Shown here piece after piece: positions 25,162 to 29,488 of a stretch of DNA of 29,488 nt (positions within the stretch are counted from its first letter, which is position 1; every line of letters starts with the position of its first letter). The translations under genes and the position numbers were made by a program. The notes under the pieces are model-generated. The model made no database searches, was not told the DNA's origin, and saw only the letters and a program-made list of their open reading frames with translations. Origin of the DNA: a virus (lineage: Duplodnaviria > Caudoviricetes); IMG/VR virus record IMGVR_UViG_3300024287_000018, positions 1 to 29,488 of that record; one strand, written 5' to 3'.

Positions 25162-25771
25162 TGCTACACAAACTACTGAGCTTCCTGAGGATGGGCCTTG
25201 GAATCTGGACCCTATTAAACTTTCTCAAGCTGCTGGAAATACAGTTGCTCAGTCAATTGATAATGGAAATGGTGCGCTGGTTCCAGATATTGATGCGCCT
25301 TGGGCATTGTCTGGTGAACAGCTTAGTCAGATAACTAATAACAGTAAGCCTATCCCTCCCACTCCTAAACCTATTGATCCTTCTACACAATCAAATGCAT
25401 TTAATACAATGGATTTGTTTGCTAGGTTGGTTAATACAGAAAGCGGTGGGAAGCATACAACTGCTTCAGGTGGTTTGCTGACAAGTAACAAAGGGGCACA
25501 AGGGATTACCCAAGTCTTGCCAGCAACAGGCACTGATCCGGGTTTTGGTGTTACACCTATTCAGAACAATTCTAAAGAAGAATATCTGCGCTTTGGTAAA
25601 GATTATCTCACTGCATTGGTGAGGTTCTTTGGTGGAGATGAAACTAAAGCTGTAGCAGCATATAACGCAGGGCCGCAACGTGTGAAGAGTTTAGTTTCTA
25701 AATACGGAGACCAGTGGCAGACCGGCTTGCCTACTGAAACTAAGAAATATGTAAAGAGGATTTTGGGATAA
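25148..25771 (+). CDS. Virion-associated lytic transglycosylase (SLT family)
   Basis: Catalytic TESGG, GAQGITQVLPAT, AVAAYNAGP and ETKKYV motifs. TTG start at 25148 after GGAG is preferred to 24989. Confidence 0.9.
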   Translation: MANDNATQTTELPEDGPWNLDPIKLSQAAGNTVAQSIDNGNGALVPDIDAPWALSGEQLSQITNNSKPIPPTPKPIDPSTQSNAFNTMDLFARLVNTESGGKHTTASGGLLTSNKGAQGITQVLPATGTDPGFGVTPIQNNSKEEYLRFGKDYLTALVRFFGGDETKAVAAYNAGPQRVKSLVSKYGDQWQTGLPTETKKYVKRILG

Positions 25772-26049
25772 TGCCGAAAAAAGGACAGACAAGTGCTAGT
25801 GCTACGGCAGATAGCAAACGACAACGAGCTTACAACAGCCAGCCAGCCCAAGTGAAACGCAGGGCACAGCGTAATGCTGCTCGAAGGGAGATGGAAAAGG
25901 CAGGGAAGGTGAAGAAGGGTGATGGGAAGGATGTGGATCACAAAGACATGAATACCGCTCACAATGGAAAGAGCAATCTCAGAGTTCAGTCTGCATCTAA
26001 GAATCGTGCTCGTAATAGAGGCACAGGTGGTAGGAAGAAGGGAAGTTGA
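25771..26049 (+). CDS. Small basic HNH-type nuclease-fold protein
   Basis: KGDGKDVDHKD...N..SNLRVQSASKNRARN, a minimal beta-beta-alpha-metal motif; very basic. Confidence 0.7.
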   Translation: MPKKGQTSASATADSKRQRAYNSQPAQVKRRAQRNAARREMEKAGKVKKGDGKDVDHKDMNTAHNGKSNLRVQSASKNRARNRGTGGRKKGS

Positions 26050-26510
26050 TTACTTATGAAGCAAGGCCGTATGGAGTGTATGTATCTTTCATTACATCTA
26101 AATCGGATTTCAGGAAGTGTTACAAAACTAGTTCAGAGGGGTATGCAGGAGCTACAGATTGGGTAGATGGAGAGCTAGTGGTATTTGTAGGGGATGGAGC
26201 ACTATCCACCTTAGTACATGAATGCGTCCATGCTTCTCTGTTCATTCTCAATCATGTTGGGATTGATCCTTCTAGCAGCAATGGGGAGGCTATGGCCTAC
26301 CTTACAGATAATATGTTTGCATATTTCATGGAGGCTATGATGGCAACCAAATCCAAGCATCCCGGCTTTGCATCTGTTCAGAACAAGATTGCAAAGAAGG
26401 AAGGTGTTAGCAAGAAAGCGGCTGGGGCTATCTTAGCTTCTGCTACTCGTAACGCTTCGAAGAAGGCTAAGAAGGCCAATCCGAAGCTCAATAAAGTTAA
26501 AGGTAAATAA
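26046..26510 (+). CDS. HExxH (zincin-like) domain protein with a basic C-terminal module
   Basis: TLVHECVHAS...GEAMAYL; the last 56 aa are Lys/Ala-rich and have their own SD and ATG. Confidence 0.65.
   Translation: MITYEARPYGVYVSFITSKSDFRKCYKTSSEGYAGATDWVDGELVVFVGDGALSTLVHECVHASLFILNHVGIDPSSSNGEAMAYLTDNMFAYFMEAMMATKSKHPGFASVQNKIAKKEGVSKKAAGAILASATRNASKKAKKANPKLNKVKGK
26340..26510 (+). CDS. Small basic Lys/Ala-rich protein (56 aa), in-frame internal start
   Basis: GGAGG 26330-34 followed by ATG-ATG at 26337/26340; MATKSKHPGFASVQNKIAKKEG...ANPKLNKVKGK. Confidence 0.6.
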   Translation: MATKSKHPGFASVQNKIAKKEGVSKKAAGAILASATRNASKKAKKANPKLNKVKGK

Positions 26511-26731
26511 TGGCACTCGATAAACTCAATCCTGTTGACAAGGCAGAATTCGTAGCTATGCAAGCTTTGGTAGGCGCTTCTGGCGCTGGTGCAGCTACTG
26601 CAACTACATTCGGTACAGTGAAGAAGGCTGCTACTGTGGCTAACGTCACACCGGCTACAGATGGCACTGCTGTTGGTACAGCGTTCAATCTCTTGCTCAC
26701 TAATCTCCGTGCTGCTGGTATTATCGTCTAA
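26510..26731 (+). CDS. Head-fiber-like small virion protein
   Basis: ATATTFGTVKKAATVANV...FNLLLTNLRAAGII matches the pattern of short phage head-fiber proteins. Confidence 0.7.
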   Translation: MALDKLNPVDKAEFVAMQALVGASGAGAATATTFGTVKKAATVANVTPATDGTAVGTAFNLLLTNLRAAGIIV

Positions 26732-26991
26732 TGTCCAGTCAAGCCAAGAAGGATAAGCTTACTACTCTTGGCTACACAGGTAGTATGCAAGATGCCTATC
26801 TGAAGTGGTTGCTTGCAAGAGGAGCTACTTCTAATAACATCACACAAGCAGAAATGCAATTCTTAATTGGTAAGGGATTTACTACAGGCACGCTAGATGA
26901 TCGTTGGTATAATTATCTAGGTAGTTTGACTTATACAGGTGCAAGACCTGATAGGGAAGATAAATTCTGGAAGGGAGCAAATAGTAATTAA
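26731..26991 (+). CDS. Hypothetical protein (86 aa)
   Basis: TAATG-coupled to the previous gene; internal quasi-repeats (LGYTGSMQD / KGFTTGTLDD / LTYTGARPD). Confidence 0.7.
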   Translation: MSSQAKKDKLTTLGYTGSMQDAYLKWLLARGATSNNITQAEMQFLIGKGFTTGTLDDRWYNYLGSLTYTGARPDREDKFWKGANSN

Positions 26992-26994
26992 CAG

Positions 26995-27028
26995 AAGGCC
27001 CATCGGAGAAATCCTTTGGGCCTTTTTT
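26995..27028 (+). terminator. Rho-independent terminator at the convergence of the late and replication arms (possibly bidirectional)
   Basis: AAGGCCCA-tc-GGA-gaaa-TCC-tt-TGGGCCTT followed by a T run, between convergent stop codons at 26991 and 27030. Confidence 0.85.
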
Positions 27029-27029
27029 A

Positions 27030-27320
27030 TTATCCTTTATAAGGCTCAGGCCATGAATGATCTACTTCATTATTACTCTGAAAGCCCGGATCGTTATTGA
27101 TAATAGGCTCAGGCCACGAAGGGCTAAGTGGGTTATCAGGAGCTGCCACAATATTACGAGGGATAAGCACACCGTTGGTAGTATCAATCTTATCTCCAAT
27201 AATAGGAGTGCTAGATGCAGTGAAGGTCAAACGATGAAGTCCATCATTATCTACATATTCATACAGATAAGAAGAAGCACCAATGTAGCTAATGCCCCCT
27301 TGAATTGTTACAAGCGCCAT
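27030..27320 (-). CDS. Hypothetical protein (96 aa) with a duplicated SWPEP motif
   Basis: ATG immediately after the nrdB stop, with GGAGG upstream; ends at the terminator. Confidence 0.7.
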   Translation of the reverse strand: MALVTIQGGISYIGASSYLYEYVDNDGLHRLTFTASSTPIIGDKIDTTNGVLIPRNIVAAPDNPLSPSWPEPIINNDPGFQSNNEVDHSWPEPYKG

Positions 27321-28271
27321 TTAATATCCTCCGGCATAATTTCCCACCATACTGTCTTTTGAATACCCTGTGCTGTTTGCTTCAAAGAAATTTTCAATAG
27401 TGGAACTGGATGTGATCCAGTCAAGCCATTCGAAAGGGTTTGAAACATTATATTCAGGCTTAAATCCGAGTTGTCCCATACGGTAGTCACATACGGACCG
27501 AATGTATTGCTTAGTGTCTGCTGCAGAGATGCCGGAGACTCCACCCCGATTGAATGCCAAATCGATAAATCGATCTTCGAGTTGGATACACTCTCTTGCT
27601 GTGTCGTAGATTGTTTTCTTGAATCGGTCATTGACGATTCGAGGATGCTCTGCAATGAACGTCTGAAATAGTTCACTAAGACCTCGTACGTGGATTGATT
27701 CATCTCTAATACTCCATTGATTTACATCTCCCATCCCTAGAAGTTTCCCTTGCCTGCTGAAGTTAAGCAACATAGCAAATGAAGCGAATAGACATACTCC
27801 TTCCACCAATACCTGCTTTGCAATGGATTCAGCAATGTTGTGAATGTTGTTATTCTTCACAGCCATCATGAATTCCATCTTCTCTTTCATTTCTCCATAA
27901 TCGAGAAACTCTCGGTAGAATCCCTCTCCAAAACCAAGTGTGTCGTTGAGCAAGGCATATGCCCGTTGATGCACTCCTTCGCGGCCCGCAAAACTCCCCA
28001 ACATATTTCTTGCTTCATTATTTCGGATAACGGGGATGAGGTTGTCATAATAGTCAGATCCAACTGCAACGTCACTCTGTGTGAACAATCGAAGGATGCT
28101 GTTGATGAAGTATTTTTCATCTTCGGAAATAACTCCTGTTTTCCATTGCTCTACATCTTGTTGAAGTTTGGCTTCCCAAGTCCCCCAGTGAGCACGTTCA
28201 TGCAACTCCGTAATCTCTACAAGATTGGGATACTGCACACCATATGTTCTACTAGATTCTAGAAGGCTCAA
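27321..28271 (-). CDS. nrdB: Ribonucleotide reductase class Ia beta subunit
   Basis: Di-iron ligands FTQSD, EGVH, VEG and DESIH, radical Tyr (HQRAY), C-terminal NFFE...Y; TTG start after GAGG. Confidence 0.95.
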   Translation of the reverse strand: MSLLESSRTYGVQYPNLVEITELHERAHWGTWEAKLQQDVEQWKTGVISEDEKYFINSILRLFTQSDVAVGSDYYDNLIPVIRNNEARNMLGSFAGREGVHQRAYALLNDTLGFGEGFYREFLDYGEMKEKMEFMMAVKNNNIHNIAESIAKQVLVEGVCLFASFAMLLNFSRQGKLLGMGDVNQWSIRDESIHVRGLSELFQTFIAEHPRIVNDRFKKTIYDTARECIQLEDRFIDLAFNRGGVSGISAADTKQYIRSVCDYRMGQLGFKPEYNVSNPFEWLDWITSSSTIENFFEANSTGYSKDSMVGNYAGGY

Positions 28272-28444
28272 TTATTATCCTCTGCATCTTGATAGTCATC
28301 GGAATCATCTACTTCCCTCCAATCACCTTCGGCTCCATTACACTCTGGGCAAGTAGACCAAGAGCCACTATACTCTACTTCATACCTAACAAGCCCTTCA
28401 TCGCATTCAGGATTGCGACAAGGAAAGAATTCGTAGTTTTTCAT
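28268..28444 (-). CDS. 58-aa acidic Cys4 (zinc-ribbon/rubredoxin-like) protein, not in the ORF track
   Basis: Hand translation MKNYEFFPCRNPECDEGLVRYEVEYSGSWSTCPECNGAEGDWREVDDSDDYQDAEDNN; TGATG overlap with the nrdA stop and TTGA overlap with the nrdB start. Confidence 0.8.
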   Translation of the reverse strand: MKNYEFFPCRNPECDEGLVRYEVEYSGSWSTCPECNGAEGDWREVDDSDDYQDAEDNN

Positions 28445-29488
28445 CACCCCTCACATGCAAGACATTCATTATTACCATCTTCTTTTAGTTTTACAATATT
28501 GATCTTCTTCACTGTATCAGCAGCTTGAGCGCTACCAGTACGGAAATAATACAGAGATTTCACTTTCTCTTCAGACATGGCCTTAAGATGGACTGAATTA
28601 ATGTAAGCTCTATCCGTCCCCGGCAGAAAGAAAATATTAAGGCTCTGTGCCTGACAAATGAAAGGCTGTCGATTACCTGCATGTTCGACCAACCAATGTT
28701 GATCCATTTCCCAAGCGGTCTTAAATACACTGCGTTCGTGGTCTGAAAGGAAGTTGAGATGTTGTACACTGCCGTTCTCAGCAATAATGCTCTTCCAAAT
28801 CTCGTCCGTATTAGCTTCATACTTCTCCAATACAGGGATCAGCCATTTGTTTTTGACTAGGTTTACTCCTGCCCGAGTTTTCTGAGTGTAAGCATTGCTA
28901 GCAATAGGCTCAATCGAAGGACTCGTATCACATAGAACGGAACTATTAGAATTAGGAGCAATGGCAAATACATGACTGTTGCGCCTTTTAGTTCCCACCA
29001 TGTCCATTGGCACCCCTCTCTCTTCTCCCAATTCTTCAGAAGCTTGAATACCTCTAACATTAATATCCTTGAAAATAATATGATTGACCTGACTTGCTGA
29101 TCCAAACCCACCACCCTCAAATGGAATGCTATTCTTCATCAGGTAATTATGGAATCCCATAGCTCCGATACCGATTGCACGCTCACGCATAGCACTGTAT
29201 CGAGCACGTGAGAGTTCTTCAGGGGCATAATCAATAAACCACTGCAGAACATTATCCAGAAACCTAACCAAATCAGAAACCAAAGTGGTATCTTTCCATT
29301 CATCATATTTCTCTAGGTTAAGAGAAGATAGGCAACAAACAGCAGTACGATCGCTCCCAGTAGCAAGGCTAATTTCGCTACAGAGATTTGAGCCATTGTT
29401 TCTAAGACCTTGCCGGAACTGAGAAATTGGAAGAGCGTCGTTAGCAACGTCAATAAACCAGAGATAGGGTTCACCTGTAAGCTCCCGT
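28444..29488 (-). CDS. nrdA: Ribonucleotide reductase class Ia alpha subunit (5' part outside the window)
   Basis: The frame stays open to the window edge: TGEPY, catalytic SNLCSEI, RTAVCCLSSLN, IAPNSNSS, KSLYY and C-terminal ECLACEG. Confidence 0.96.
   Translation of the reverse strand, partial: RELTGEPYLWFIDVANDALPISQFRQGLRNNGSNLCSEISLATGSDRTAVCCLSSLNLEKYDEWKDTTLVSDLVRFLDNVLQWFIDYAPEELSRARYSAMRERAIGIGAMGFHNYLMKNSIPFEGGGFGSASQVNHIIFKDINVRGIQASEELGEERGVPMDMVGTKRRNSHVFAIAPNSNSSVLCDTSPSIEPIASNAYTQKTRAGVNLVKNKWLIPVLEKYEANTDEIWKSIIAENGSVQHLNFLSDHERSVFKTAWEMDQHWLVEHAGNRQPFICQAQSLNIFFLPGTDRAYINSVHLKAMSEEKVKSLYYFRTGSAQAADTVKKINIVKLKEDGNNECLACEG

Noticed and set aside
27308-27703. 131-aa alternative-frame ORF within nrdB, and 28289-28528(+)
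   Set aside because: They overlap conserved nrdB/nrdA coding sequence and the coupled 58-aa ORF, with no independent support.

Overview
This window is the lysis, packaging and morphogenesis arm of a lytic podovirus-type dsDNA phage. The + strand (1.5-27 kb) carries, in order: holin, two receptor-binding proteins, SAR endolysin, nested spanins, TerS/TerL, portal, tRNA-Thr and tRNA-Asn, scaffold, a free-standing HNH endonuclease, major capsid and decoration proteins, tail tubular A/B, a GNAT acetyltransferase and an AspH-like 2OG-Fe(II) oxygenase, internal (ejection) proteins, a stand-alone lytic transglycosylase and small virion/HNH genes. This arm converges at a terminator (~27.0 kb) with a minus-strand class Ia ribonucleotide reductase operon (nrdA partial, an unannotated 58-aa Cys4 ORF, nrdB). 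The layout recalls PA11/CW02/SIO1-type (Zobellviridae-like) phages; this is from memory and was not searched. The first ~1.45 kb is non-coding and probably spans the genome-end region. It holds a minus-strand sigma70 promoter driving a ~600-nt heavily base-paired RNA with two rrn-type boxA-like motifs, a CATG/AGACAT repeat field and a cluster of mini-hairpins. The strongest unexplained signals are (i) the structured boxA-containing leader RNA, (ii) a ColE1/pBR322 pas-like three-way junction with tandem G.A pairs upstream of the tRNAs, (iii) the GNAT + hydroxylase pair inside the tail/ejectosome operon, and (iv) an HNH gene that seems to have taken over the capsid gene's translation start.
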